Of a stretch of 64,000 bases of DNA, positions 39,660 to 48,929 are shown one piece after another. The stretch is from a bacterium (GTDB taxonomy: Bacteria; Patescibacteriota; Andersenbacteria; UBA10190). The stretch covers positions 14,895 through 78,894 of the forward strand of contig JAUYKA010000008.1 in assembly GCA_030698495.1 (NCBI GenBank), read 5' to 3'. Each line of letters opens with the position of its first letter. The stretch's first letter is position 1. The notes under the pieces were generated by a model that saw only the letters and a list, made by a program, of their open reading frames with translations, did no database searches and was not told where the DNA came from. The translations under genes were made by a program, and so were the position numbers.

Positions 39660-41080
39660 TGAGAAGAAGAGACGTATCCTGGTTATTGGTGGTGGTCACA
39701 GCTGTTTTTGTGATTGTGCTTTGTTGGCAATATCCTTTGTCGGTTTCGTTTCCTGTCGGTGGAGATGTTATGCGCTATATAGCCAGAGCTAATGCGGTAA
39801 AGGACGCCTTGCAATTTTCTATACCAGACGGGTTCAGTCTTCTAATAAGAAATTCATCATACCCGGCTTCTATTTTGGTAGTTCTGGTGGCCGGTTTGGT
39901 GCCGATAGGGTGGCCCGAGAAGTGGCTATTGTTGATGTTTCTGGCTCAAATTGCTTGTGCGGGATCGCTTTATTATGTAGTCGGAAAAATTACCGGCAAC
40001 AGAATAACGGCTTGTTTAGCGGCCGCAGCCTGGGCGATTGTGGGTTTAAGTTTTACCCGCCATATTGAAGACGGGACATTTGCCCAACTTATGAGTCTGC
40101 CGGCTTTTGTGTTTTTTCTGGGGCAGTTGATGAATAAAAAGTATATCACGGCGATTTTTTGGGTGATGTTGTCGTTCTTGTTCCATCCGGTTACCGGCTT
40201 GGTCGCCGGGTTGGTTGCTGTTCTTTATCTGGTGACTAACCTTGATAATTTTGTAAGCTCGAGCAAAAAAAAGGTTGTTGGTTTGGTGTTGTTGGTGATT
40301 TCTTTGGGGGTAGCGATCTATTTTTTGAAAAAATATGATCATTTATTTTTATTGGACTATTCAAGTGATAATGGCATATCGTTGACTGATTTACTTAACT
40401 CTTCTTTTGGTACTTTGTTGGTCATGACTCCCTTGGGAATGATAGTGTTTTTGAGAAAATATAAGCGAGAGGGACAGGCCCTGGTTGTTGCTACGTTTAT
40501 ACTATTTCTCTTTATTTTTCAGAACCAGCTGGTGGGGGAGAGTATGTTTATTAACCGCATAAATTCTTATCCGGCCATTTTTGTTTCCATATTCTCGGCG
40601 ATTGCGATAGCTGAAGTGGTGAGAACCATTAGGGTTGCCAATATTCTTTTGCGGGTGCTTCTGGTCTTAGTGTTTTTTAGTATGGGTGTTAGCGTTTGGT
40701 CGCAGCAAGGAAATATTTATCGGTATTATGATGATCCGGGAAATTATGCCAGAGTGCACCCTGATGAACTGGCTGCTATTTACTGGTTACGCGATAATAC
40801 TGCTGCTGATGACGGAATTGTTTCTACCGTTGCTAACAGACATAGTGAGTGGATACCAATATTAAGCCAAAGACAGTGGGTCGGTTTGTATGCTGACGAC
40901 GTATTATTTACCGCCGATAATTTTTTGTTTAAGAAGATTAGCGGGGAAAAGGGCTATGATTACGCAGTGGTTTTTAAGAACCGTGAGGAGAGAGTTGATT
41001 TGATTAAAGGAGGGGTTTCGGAATCGTCTATTGTGTATCAGAATGACGCCGCGGAAATAATTAAAATATCACAGCTATGA
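39647..41080 (+). CDS. Polytopic membrane protein of unknown function, a GT-C-like candidate.
   Basis: 477 aa with 10-12 TM helices, then a roughly 120-aa soluble C-terminus. I recognise no motif. Confidence 0.5.
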   Translation: MYEIMRRRDVSWLLVVVTAVFVIVLCWQYPLSVSFPVGGDVMRYIARANAVKDALQFSIPDGFSLLIRNSSYPASILVVLVAGLVPIGWPEKWLLLMFLAQIACAGSLYYVVGKITGNRITACLAAAAWAIVGLSFTRHIEDGTFAQLMSLPAFVFFLGQLMNKKYITAIFWVMLSFLFHPVTGLVAGLVAVLYLVTNLDNFVSSSKKKVVGLVLLVISLGVAIYFLKKYDHLFLLDYSSDNGISLTDLLNSSFGTLLVMTPLGMIVFLRKYKREGQALVVATFILFLFIFQNQLVGESMFINRINSYPAIFVSIFSAIAIAEVVRTIRVANILLRVLLVLVFFSMGVSVWSQQGNIYRYYDDPGNYARVHPDELAAIYWLRDNTAADDGIVSTVANRHSEWIPILSQRQWVGLYADDVLFTADNFLFKKISGEKGYDYAVVFKNREERVDLIKGGVSESSIVYQNDAAEIIKISQL

Positions 41081-41463
41081 AAAATAACCGGAAAACATCC
41101 CTGGCGTTACTGGCTATTTTGGGTGTTGCTATTAGTGTTAATTTTCACGTACCAGTGGGGATAGTCATACTGGCGAGCACACTGTTGTACGTCGTGTATA
41201 TTGTGTCGGTCCATGATTATCAGATAATGGTGCGGGTATTTCCTTATGGGGCAGTAATTGGCCTGGCATATTTTATCAGAATACCGGTATTGGAAAACCA
41301 ACCTATTCTGCCAAGGGTGCTGACGGTGATTGCTTTATGGTCTATGGTTTTTTTATCTATTGCTTGGTTTACGGAATGGATTTTGCGAAGCAAGAACAAA
41401 ACCACCCTGCAGCGTGAGGATAGCAAGAGAGAGCCACATAATAATTTGGGAAAAAGCAATTAG
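41077..41463 (+). CDS. Small 4-TM membrane protein.
   Basis: 128 aa with an ATGA overlap to the upstream membrane gene. It overlaps the convergent 41353..42027 ORF by 111 nt. Confidence 0.4.
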   Translation: MKNNRKTSLALLAILGVAISVNFHVPVGIVILASTLLYVVYIVSVHDYQIMVRVFPYGAVIGLAYFIRIPVLENQPILPRVLTVIALWSMVFLSIAWFTEWILRSKNKTTLQREDSKREPHNNLGKSN

Positions 41464-42027
41464 TTTTTCTTTGCTGTTTAGCCTTTCAAGTAATAGCTCT
41501 AATCGTGTATTAGATTGGGTGAGTATCAGGCTGATGTTGCCCTGTTTAATGTTGTTGGCGATTTGGTAATGGCCTTGAGGAAAGGCATTGGCGTCTTTTT
41601 CAATAAAGACCGCGGGGGCTAAAGAAGATTCATCTGCGGGGATATGGTTGGCGTCTATGGTGATTGTTAGTACGCCATCCACAGGCGTTGGTGTGTCTAG
41701 CGGGAAATTGAATTGGTGGGTACCTTGGTTGGTGGTGACTGTCCAGGTCTGTAGTAAAGCACTGTTGTGAAGAAGGCTTACCGCGAAAGGCGTGCCTTGG
41801 TTTCGGGAGTAGATGGGTATGGTAAGACCGGACAAGCGATATAATCGGTTGAGGGTGATGTTTTCACTATAGACAAATTGAGCATATGCCGGATCGGCTA
41901 GTTCCGGTTCACTGTGTGCTTTGATATTATATAAAACGGTTTCTTGATTGGAGGATAAATAATAATAGGCCCCGGTCAGCCAGGCGGCAATAATAAGTGT
42001 TGAAATAATGGTTGTTTTAGTGCGCAT
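41353..42027 (-). CDS. Membrane-anchored hypothetical protein with an N-terminal signal anchor and a beta-rich ectodomain.
   Basis: 224 aa with an N-terminal TM IISTLIIAAWLTGAYYYL. Its 3-prime end overlaps the convergent small ORF, so one of the two may be shorter or spurious. Confidence 0.4.
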   Translation of the reverse strand: MRTKTTIISTLIIAAWLTGAYYYLSSNQETVLYNIKAHSEPELADPAYAQFVYSENITLNRLYRLSGLTIPIYSRNQGTPFAVSLLHNSALLQTWTVTTNQGTHQFNFPLDTPTPVDGVLTITIDANHIPADESSLAPAVFIEKDANAFPQGHYQIANNIKQGNISLILTQSNTRLELLLERLNSKEKLIAFSQIIMWLSLAILTLQGGFVLASQNPFRKPSNR

Positions 42028-42108
42028 ATTGTGATTATATCAGTCAAAGTTGAATAACAGGAGTAATACAGATAGGATAAACAATATTTACTTATTATAG
42101 GTTATATT

Positions 42109-43065
42109 ATGGCAAAGTATTTAGTAACGGGCGGAGCGGGCTTTATCGGATCACACTTAGTGCACCGTTTGGTGGCCGAGGGGAACGAAGTGATAGCGCT
42201 CGATAATCTTACCGCCGGTAAAATAGAAAATATTAAGGCAGTCGCAAGCCGGGTGACGTTTGTAAAGGGAGATATTAGACAAATTGATTTACTACAGAAA
42301 CTGATGGGGGGTGTTGAGGTGGTTTTGCACACGGCGGCGTTAAGATCCGTTCCTCTTTCAGTAGATAATCCGTCGGCAGTGAACGATGTAAATATCGGTG
42401 GAACTTTAAATATACTGTTGGCGGCCAGAGACAATGGGGTGAGGCGGGTGGTGATGTCCTCGTCTTCGTCGGTTTACGGGCAGATTGAAGCGGAGAAACA
42501 GGTGGAAACCTTGCCGACTCATCCGGAATCACCTTATGCGCTCACAAAACTGGCGGGCGAGCAGTATTGTCGTCTGTTCGGCGAGTTGTATGGGCTGGAT
42601 GCTATATGCTTGCGCTATTTTAATGTGTTTGGGCATTGGCAGGATCCAAATTCAAAGTATTCGGCGGTGATACCTATTTTTGTAAGCGCCCTGTTACGAG
42701 GACAGATGCCGACGATACATTGGGACGGCCAGCAGAGCCGTGATTTTACTTTTGTCGATAATGTGGTTGACGCTAATTTATGCGCGGCGCAGGCGCCAAT
42801 AAAAAGCCAGGGAAATGCTTATAATATCGCTAATGGCGGAACGACTTCCATAAATGAATTATTGGCGCAGATTCAGGAATTACTGGGGACGAATATTGTT
42901 CCCAGATATATGCCGAAAAGGGCGGGCGATATCGGCAGGACACGTGCTGATATTGAGCGGGCGAGGCGAGAATTAAACTGGGAGCCTAAGGTTTCGTTTA
43001 ATGAGGGGTTGGCGCGTTCGCTGGAATGGTATAAAGAGAACGCGGTAGAGCCGGTAGCGGTTTAG
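42109..43065 (+). CDS. WbpP/TviC/WbgU-family UDP-N-acetylhexosamine (uronic acid) 4-epimerase.
   Basis: It has VTGGAGFIGSHL, SSSSVYGQ, SPYALTKLAGEQY (the YxxxK triad), LRYFNVFGHWQDPNSKYSAVIP and NDVNIGGTLNIL. These align with WbpP motifs. Confidence 0.8.
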   Translation: MAKYLVTGGAGFIGSHLVHRLVAEGNEVIALDNLTAGKIENIKAVASRVTFVKGDIRQIDLLQKLMGGVEVVLHTAALRSVPLSVDNPSAVNDVNIGGTLNILLAARDNGVRRVVMSSSSSVYGQIEAEKQVETLPTHPESPYALTKLAGEQYCRLFGELYGLDAICLRYFNVFGHWQDPNSKYSAVIPIFVSALLRGQMPTIHWDGQQSRDFTFVDNVVDANLCAAQAPIKSQGNAYNIANGGTTSINELLAQIQELLGTNIVPRYMPKRAGDIGRTRADIERARRELNWEPKVSFNEGLARSLEWYKENAVEPVAV

Positions 43066-43089
43066 GACAAGCAACTAGCCAGAGAAGGT

Positions 43090-45249
43090 TTGCGGGCATA
43101 TATTGAGTTCATGAAAACGAGTGTAAAAACGCATGTTTTGGCAGTAGGATTCTATTTGCTAGCGACGGTAATTTTTAGCTTGCCGGTGGGGTTACATTTG
43201 ACCGACCAGGTGGTTGGGGCGGGAGGTGATCCGTGGCAGACAATGTGGAGATTTAGCCATTACGAGCAGCAAGTAGTAAGTAGTAAGCAGCAAGGAATGT
43301 TGCTGCAGTTAGTGCGAGAAACATTTGGCGGTGCCGGAGATTCACGTTTGGTTAATTTGTCGGCATGGCCGTGGATGTGGCTGCAGGTTATCGCGGGGCA
43401 GCCGCTAACATATAATTTGGTTTGGCTGGGCAGTTTCACATTGGCTGGTTACGCAATGTTTTTGCTGGCGCAATATTTATTAAAAAGACATTGGGATCAG
43501 ATAAAGGAAAAGGAAGAGATTAGAAATACGCCGGCTAGGCAAATTAAAGTGGCTGCATTTTTGGCCGGTTTTTATTATATGCTGCTTCCTTTTCATGTGG
43601 CGCATGCGCAAGGGCATTTCGGCGCGATGCAACTGGCGTGGCTGCCGCTGGCGATATTATTGATTTTTAAAATTTTGGATAAGCCGACTTGGGGGCGTGG
43701 TCTGGGGCTGGCAATTGTGGTAATTATTCAGGCGTGGACAGAGCACCACTATGCTCTGTGGCTGGCTGTATTTGCTTTAATTTTGGCGGTTTGGCGGTGG
43801 CGCAAAGTGATTGATATTATGCGAGGCAAGCGGTCGGTGGTGATTTGGGTCATGGCGGTGGTGATTGGGTTGGGGATTATTGTGCCATACTGGCCGACGG
43901 TGAGGTTGGTGGGGTCCGGTGATAGTGTTTTGAATTTAGGGACGGATCAGACAGTCAGGTTTTCGGCTGACGTATTTTCCTATCTGGTGCCGGCGCCGTT
44001 TCAAACATTGTGGGGAAAATACGCGCAGATGTTGTTTTCCCAGCGCTTTACCGGAAACTTTACCGAATCCACGCTTTTTCTCGGCTGGGTGCCTTTGTTG
44101 CTGATATTGTTCTTTAGTCAAAGAGTACCGCGCCAACAGCGAGTATTTTGGTTGGTAGTTGCCGGTTTTTTTGGATTGATTAGTTTAGGCCCGCTACTTC
44201 ATGTAATGGGAACAGTAACGCGTATTCCGTTACCGTACGCGCTGATTGATAGTTGGCCGATATTTAGCTCGGTTAGGGCGGTGGCTCGGGCAGGAGTAAT
44301 GGTAGAAATTAGCGTCGCGGTTTTGCTGGGTTGGGTGGTGGCCACTCAAGTAAATAGGAAAAGCATGGTTTTTGCGCTGGCGGGCGTGATTATGCTGGAG
44401 TTTATGTTTTGGCCGATGCCAATGCAGTCGGCGAGACTGTCTCAAGTGTATCGGCGTGTGAGCGAATTGCCGGGGAAGAGCGTGATAGAGATACCGGCAG
44501 CGACAAATTACACGACCGCATCTCGGGCTTTGTACGCGAGTGAGATTCATGGTAAAAAAGTTGTCGGCAGTATCGCGCTGGAGCGGGCTGAAGGCGATAG
44601 TGATAACGCAGAAATAAGATCTCTACCGGCCTTAAGGCAGCTGCTTTATTTGCGAACAACTCATGTCGAGCGGCAGAGTGATGATTTCTTCGGCCAGGTG
44701 TTGGCGGAAACACTGCCGGATGTTTTGAGGTATTTGGACGTGGGCGCGATTGTTATAAATAAAGATTCTTTATCAGATAATCAGTTGACGGTCGTGCGTC
44801 AGTTTCTGGAGCGGGAGATGAAGATGCAGGCGGAGGATTTTGGCGATGTTGTGTTATACCTGGCTGAAATTGATAAACTGCCGGCGGGCGACGGTGTTTT
44901 CTTGTCGCGGGATAGCCGCTGGGCCAACGTGGGGTATGACAGTAAGCGTGACAGTATTTTTGCCGAAATACCCAATGAGGCTGAAGTGGCACTGTATAAC
45001 GTAAGGGGTGAGAATGTCCAGGTTGGGTTAAGGTTTGATATCGCGCCAGAGTCACAAGGAAACATTTTGGTTAAATCCGCGGACAAAATGGTAACAGACT
45101 TACATTTACAAGGAGGTGAAGAGGCAAAAATTAGGATGACACTACCGTTGGGTAAAACAACTTTGACTTTCATTAATCGCGGTAGCGGGAAAGTGGTTAT
45201 CCAAAATCCCTTGCTGGAAGTCGCTGGGGTAGGAGTAGAGATTAATTGA
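43090..45249 (+). CDS. Large polytopic membrane protein with a C-terminal extracytoplasmic domain. It is a GT-C-like candidate, possibly an oligosaccharyltransferase or polymerase-type enzyme.
   Basis: 719 aa with about 12 TM helices. The first loop has LTDQVVGAGGDPWQ, an acidic motif. The C-terminal roughly 250 aa is hydrophilic and beta-rich. I assigned no family. Confidence 0.5.
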   Translation: MRAYIEFMKTSVKTHVLAVGFYLLATVIFSLPVGLHLTDQVVGAGGDPWQTMWRFSHYEQQVVSSKQQGMLLQLVRETFGGAGDSRLVNLSAWPWMWLQVIAGQPLTYNLVWLGSFTLAGYAMFLLAQYLLKRHWDQIKEKEEIRNTPARQIKVAAFLAGFYYMLLPFHVAHAQGHFGAMQLAWLPLAILLIFKILDKPTWGRGLGLAIVVIIQAWTEHHYALWLAVFALILAVWRWRKVIDIMRGKRSVVIWVMAVVIGLGIIVPYWPTVRLVGSGDSVLNLGTDQTVRFSADVFSYLVPAPFQTLWGKYAQMLFSQRFTGNFTESTLFLGWVPLLLILFFSQRVPRQQRVFWLVVAGFFGLISLGPLLHVMGTVTRIPLPYALIDSWPIFSSVRAVARAGVMVEISVAVLLGWVVATQVNRKSMVFALAGVIMLEFMFWPMPMQSARLSQVYRRVSELPGKSVIEIPAATNYTTASRALYASEIHGKKVVGSIALERAEGDSDNAEIRSLPALRQLLYLRTTHVERQSDDFFGQVLAETLPDVLRYLDVGAIVINKDSLSDNQLTVVRQFLEREMKMQAEDFGDVVLYLAEIDKLPAGDGVFLSRDSRWANVGYDSKRDSIFAEIPNEAEVALYNVRGENVQVGLRFDIAPESQGNILVKSADKMVTDLHLQGGEEAKIRMTLPLGKTTLTFINRGSGKVVIQNPLLEVAGVGVEIN

Positions 45250-45262
45250 TGAAATTTGCAAT

Positions 45263-46411
45263 ATGAAAGTTTTGATTTTTAATTTTGAATATCCGCCGTT
45301 GGGTGGGGGGGGAGGAGTGGCAACGAAACAGCTGGCAGAACAGCTGGGAAAAAATCATGATATTCATATCGTAACTACCAGATACGGAAAACTGCTTGCC
45401 CAAGAGACAATAAATCAAGTAACGGTGCACCGCGTTAAGGTATGGGGCAGGCGGAATTTGCCAACAGCCAGTATTGAGTCGTTGGTTACTTATGTGCCGG
45501 CGGCTATTTGGTGTGGCTGGCTAATTCTAAGAAATAATAATTTTGATGTTATTAACGCTCAATTTGTCATTCCCTCGGGGTTGCCGGCGTATGTTTTAGC
45601 TAAGTTTTTCGGATTGCCTTTAGTCATTAGCTTTATCGGCGGTGATATATTTGATCCGACAAAAGGGATTTCACCCCATCGCCATTGGTGGTTGCGGGTG
45701 TTGATCCGTTTTTTGGCGGGACAGGCACAGGCGAGAACAGCGATTTCGGAGGATACAAAAAGACGCGCTTGGCAATTGCATGGTGTGGATAAAAACATTG
45801 TTGTGACGCACCTAGGATTGGTGCCGAGCGGTTTTGTGGTACGAGACAGACACGCGCTTGGTTGGCCCGCCGATACGCCGATAATAGTAACAGTGGGAAG
45901 ATTGATATCGAGAAAAGGTTATTTGACGTTGCTGGAAGCGTGGCAAACAGTAACGGACGCGATGTTGGTTATTATTGGTGAGGGGGTGGAACGAAAAAAA
46001 ATTGAGCAGAAGATACGAAAATACGGTTTGGGGAATCGGGTAAAATTGGCCGGATGGGTGACAGAAGATAAAAAACAGAAGATGTTGGCGGCAGCCGACT
46101 TGTATGTTTCGGCAGCCGAGCACGAGGGATTTGGTATAGTTTTTTTAGAGGCGATGCAGGCGGGGCTGCCGATTGTGGCCACTACCGAAGGAGGACATAC
46201 TGATTTTTTGATGGAAGGAGAGAATGCTTTACTGGTAGCACCTAATGATCCGGTAGTGTTAGCCGTGAGTGTAAACAAGCTGTTGCATGATCGGCAGCTG
46301 CGTTTGCAAATAAGTGAGAATAATAAAGAAAAAGTGAGGGAGTTTTACATTGATAAAACCACGGCCAGGTTTGAGAAAGTGTTAGTAGGAGTGGTTAAAT
46401 CTAGGGTATGA
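45263..46411 (+). CDS. GT4-family glycosyltransferase.
   Basis: It has LIFNFEYPPLGGGGGV and VSAAEHEGFGIVFLEAMQAGLPIVATTEGGHTDFL. Confidence 0.85.
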   Translation: MKVLIFNFEYPPLGGGGGVATKQLAEQLGKNHDIHIVTTRYGKLLAQETINQVTVHRVKVWGRRNLPTASIESLVTYVPAAIWCGWLILRNNNFDVINAQFVIPSGLPAYVLAKFFGLPLVISFIGGDIFDPTKGISPHRHWWLRVLIRFLAGQAQARTAISEDTKRRAWQLHGVDKNIVVTHLGLVPSGFVVRDRHALGWPADTPIIVTVGRLISRKGYLTLLEAWQTVTDAMLVIIGEGVERKKIEQKIRKYGLGNRVKLAGWVTEDKKQKMLAAADLYVSAAEHEGFGIVFLEAMQAGLPIVATTEGGHTDFLMEGENALLVAPNDPVVLAVSVNKLLHDRQLRLQISENNKEKVREFYIDKTTARFEKVLVGVVKSRV

Positions 46412-47517
46412 GGATTGTTATTGAAGCAAGGGCGTTATCGTCTCCGGGAGGAGGCGTAAAAACTTATGTCCGGCAGTTGATTTTGGGGTTAGCGGCAGAT
46501 AAACAAAATTCTTTGACTGTTATTTACGATAGGGAAAACCCTAGGGATAAGTTTATCGGTGCCGGTGAAGCGATTATTAAGAGATACACAGACGCGGGGT
46601 TGAGCTGGTGGCTTAATCATCAGGTGCCAAGAATACTGGATAAAATAAAGCCGGACGTGGTTCATTTTACCAAAGCGGCTGTGCCGTCACGGAAGATATT
46701 ACCGACAGTGGTGACTATTTATGACGTAATTCCCCTGTTGTATCCGCAGGGACAGAAATTATCGAGGCGTTGGTATTGGCGACGAGCACTAAAACAGGCG
46801 GCACAGTTTTCAGATCGCATTATCACTATCTCAAATGTGAGTAAGAGAGATCTTGTAGAGCAGTTAGACGTATCGGCGGATAAGGTTACGGTAACGCCAT
46901 TGGCGGTCGATACTGATTTTTTCAAACCGGTTGATAGGAGGGGGGTAGTGAAACCTTATATTTTATTTGTCGGAACACTGGAGCCGAGAAAAAATGTGCC
47001 GATGTTGGTGCGGGCTTTTTCTCGAATCGCCGGGGAGGTGCCGCACGATTTGATCATAGCGGGGCGCCCAGAAAAGGATATAGCGGCAGTTAAACGGGAG
47101 ATTGACCGGAGTAAAGCGGTGGATAGGATAAAACTTATAGGCAGGGTGTCTGGCAACGACTTGCCGGCATTATACAGCGACGCCGATTTGTTTGTCTGGC
47201 CGTCTATTTATGAGGGTTGGGGATTCCCGCCGCAAGAGGCAATGGCGTGCGGTACGCCGGTAATTGTCAGTGACGGCGGATCACTGCCGGAAGTAGTGGG
47301 CGAGGTGGGTGAAGTTGTCAGTTTTGCCGAGATGGAAGTTTCGAGGCGAACTGGTGATGTTGATTTTGAAGAAAGATTAGCGAAAAGTGTGTTGGATCTC
47401 CTGAATAATAAAGAGAAAAGAAAAAATATGAGTGAACAGGGACTACTACAAGCTAGGGAAAATACGTGGCAACAAGTGGTGGAGATGACAATGTCCGTAT
47501 ATAAGCAGCTTACTTAG
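46408..47517 (+). CDS. GT4-family glycosyltransferase.
   Basis: VWPSIYEGWGFPPQEAMACGTPVIVSDGGSLPEVV. An ATGA overlap with the upstream GT4 indicates coupling. Confidence 0.85.
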   Translation: MRIVIEARALSSPGGGVKTYVRQLILGLAADKQNSLTVIYDRENPRDKFIGAGEAIIKRYTDAGLSWWLNHQVPRILDKIKPDVVHFTKAAVPSRKILPTVVTIYDVIPLLYPQGQKLSRRWYWRRALKQAAQFSDRIITISNVSKRDLVEQLDVSADKVTVTPLAVDTDFFKPVDRRGVVKPYILFVGTLEPRKNVPMLVRAFSRIAGEVPHDLIIAGRPEKDIAAVKREIDRSKAVDRIKLIGRVSGNDLPALYSDADLFVWPSIYEGWGFPPQEAMACGTPVIVSDGGSLPEVVGEVGEVVSFAEMEVSRRTGDVDFEERLAKSVLDLLNNKEKRKNMSEQGLLQARENTWQQVVEMTMSVYKQLT

Positions 47518-47550
47518 ATTATTTATCTATCATGATCACATATGGGTTGT

Positions 47551-47576
47551 ATTACCACATATCGATATGTGGTAAT
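47551..47576. promoter_or_regulatory. Perfect 26-bp palindrome attaccacatatcgatatgtggtaat, 9 bp upstream of the TrpR-like gene start. It is a candidate operator.
   Basis: The sequence equals its own reverse complement. It lies in the promoter region of the 47585 gene. Confidence 0.5.
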
Positions 47577-47584
47577 ATTTTGTT

Positions 47585-48043
47585 ATGGCTAAATATGATT
47601 ATCGTAAATTAAAAACAAAAGAGCGGGAGAAAATTACAGGACAACTCGTTAAAGCGTTTAGTAAAGCAAACAGCAAGCAGGAAGTTCAGCAGTTTATAGA
47701 CCAGCTGTTAACGCCGAGTGAAAAAATAATGTTGGGACGAAGAATTCAGGTGGCTCGATTACTTATTCGCGGGTATACATACGTGGAAATTAGGCAAAAA
47801 TTGAAAGCGGGGATAAGTACAATTAAGTCAGTAGATGGCTGGTTAGAGATGACAGTACCTGATTATCAGGAATTGAGAGATTGGTATCGCAAGTGGATCT
47901 ATACAGATAAGGCAAAAAAGCCGGAGAAAAAGCGGAGCGGCAGTAGGGAGCCGGATATGTTTGGCTCATTTGCCAGTGTTCGGCATCGTTATGCCGGCCA
48001 TTTCTTATTATTGAATTTGTTGTTAGACAGTAATGAGGAATAG
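47585..48043 (+). CDS. TrpR-like DNA-binding protein (YerC/YecD family).
   Basis: LTPSEKIMLGRRIQVARLLIRGYTYVEIRQKLKAGISTIKSV resembles the Trp-repressor-like HTH of YerC/YecD. 152 aa. Confidence 0.55.
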   Translation: MAKYDYRKLKTKEREKITGQLVKAFSKANSKQEVQQFIDQLLTPSEKIMLGRRIQVARLLIRGYTYVEIRQKLKAGISTIKSVDGWLEMTVPDYQELRDWYRKWIYTDKAKKPEKKRSGSREPDMFGSFASVRHRYAGHFLLLNLLLDSNEE

Positions 48044-48054
48044 TTGTGTGTATA

Positions 48055-48078
48055 GTTCCACATATCGATATGTGGTAA
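48055..48078. promoter_or_regulatory. Second copy of the palindrome, with the core ccacatatcgatatgtgg perfect over 18 bp, 14 bp downstream of the TrpR-like stop.
   Basis: The core at 48058..48075 is identical to the core of the upstream palindrome. The flanks differ slightly. Confidence 0.45.
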
Positions 48079-48107
48079 TAATGATAGTTAGTGTTTTTAA
48101 AAAGAGA

Positions 48108-48142
48108 AAACCGCCGGGAGATTTTTGTCTCGCGGCGGTTTG
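48108..48142. terminator. Bidirectional intrinsic terminator between convergent genes.
   Basis: aaaccgccgggag-atttttg-tctcgcggcggttt. It has a GC-rich stem of about 13 bp, an upstream A-tract and a downstream T-tract (ggtttgtaattt). Confidence 0.55.
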
Positions 48143-48157
48143 TAATTTGAAGTCCCT

Positions 48158-48637
48158 TCACGGTTTGGCGCTGCCGGTTTCTGGTGTTTCGGCGGCCGGA
48201 ACCTTGGCGAGGGGATCGGACTGCTCTGGGGCAGATGGGGTTTCGGGACGGGCGAGGATTTCGCGTTCACCTTTTTCGTTGGTGATGACAATAAAGCGGG
48301 GCGGGGGAGGCTCCCTGCCGTCGATTTCGAGCGTGACGGCATCTGTTTCGGCTTGTTCTTCTTTGTAGACTTGAGCGCGGTAGTAAAAAGGAGTGATTTG
48401 GGTGCCGCCTTCGATAGTGAGATAGACACATGTATCGAGGTCAGGAAGGTGTATGGGGTCGCCGCTCTTGTTCTGTGTTTCGACCCATATAGCAGTCATG
48501 ACTAGTATTAGTAAACATATGAGCGCAGCTCCTAGTAAGATGCGTAAGGCTTTGGGGCAGTTCTTCTCTACCAGGTTGGCTCCAAGGATCATTGCAATCA
48601 TACATAAACCAAGAATTAACAGTGTCAGGTCGACCAT
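48158..48637 (-). CDS. Small membrane protein with 2 TM helices and a proline-rich C-terminal tail. Hypothetical.
   Basis: 159 aa. It has LTLLILGLCMIAMILGANL and ALICLLILVMTAIWV helices, then a PPPPRF...PETPSAPEQSDP tail. Confidence 0.45.
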   Translation of the reverse strand: MVDLTLLILGLCMIAMILGANLVEKNCPKALRILLGAALICLLILVMTAIWVETQNKSGDPIHLPDLDTCVYLTIEGGTQITPFYYRAQVYKEEQAETDAVTLEIDGREPPPPRFIVITNEKGEREILARPETPSAPEQSDPLAKVPAAETPETGSAKP

Positions 48638-48737
48638 AATAAGTCTCCTACAACTTCAAGGTGGGATTGAATTGCCAAACGAACGATATTCGAATATATT
48701 GCAGATACTAAGTTATGTCAAGCGTGGTGGCGAATAA

Positions 48738-48863
48738 CTAGATTGCCGCGCCCGCCTATATTTTGCTGAAGCAAAACATAGGCGGGCTCCAGCCGTCGCT
48801 AATCCCACTTTACTAAAGCTACGCGGGACACAGAGCTATGGCCGGCACAGCGCAATGACGACG
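48738..48863. repeat. Intergenic repeat element, copy A. It contains a 17-bp-stem hairpin and the motif GCTATGGCCGGCACAGCGCAATGACG. It is related to 51541..51615.
   Basis: It shares tagattgccgcg...ctccagccg...gctaa...agctatggc(c/t)ggc(a/g)cagcgcaatgacg with copy B. The hairpin gcccgcctatattttgc/gcaaaacataggcgggc is at about 48747..48786. Confidence 0.45.
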
Positions 48864-48929
48864 ACTTTCACGTCAGCGAGCAGTTACTTAGAGACGATAG
48901 CTATGCTCAATTAAAGGAAGGTAAATAAT

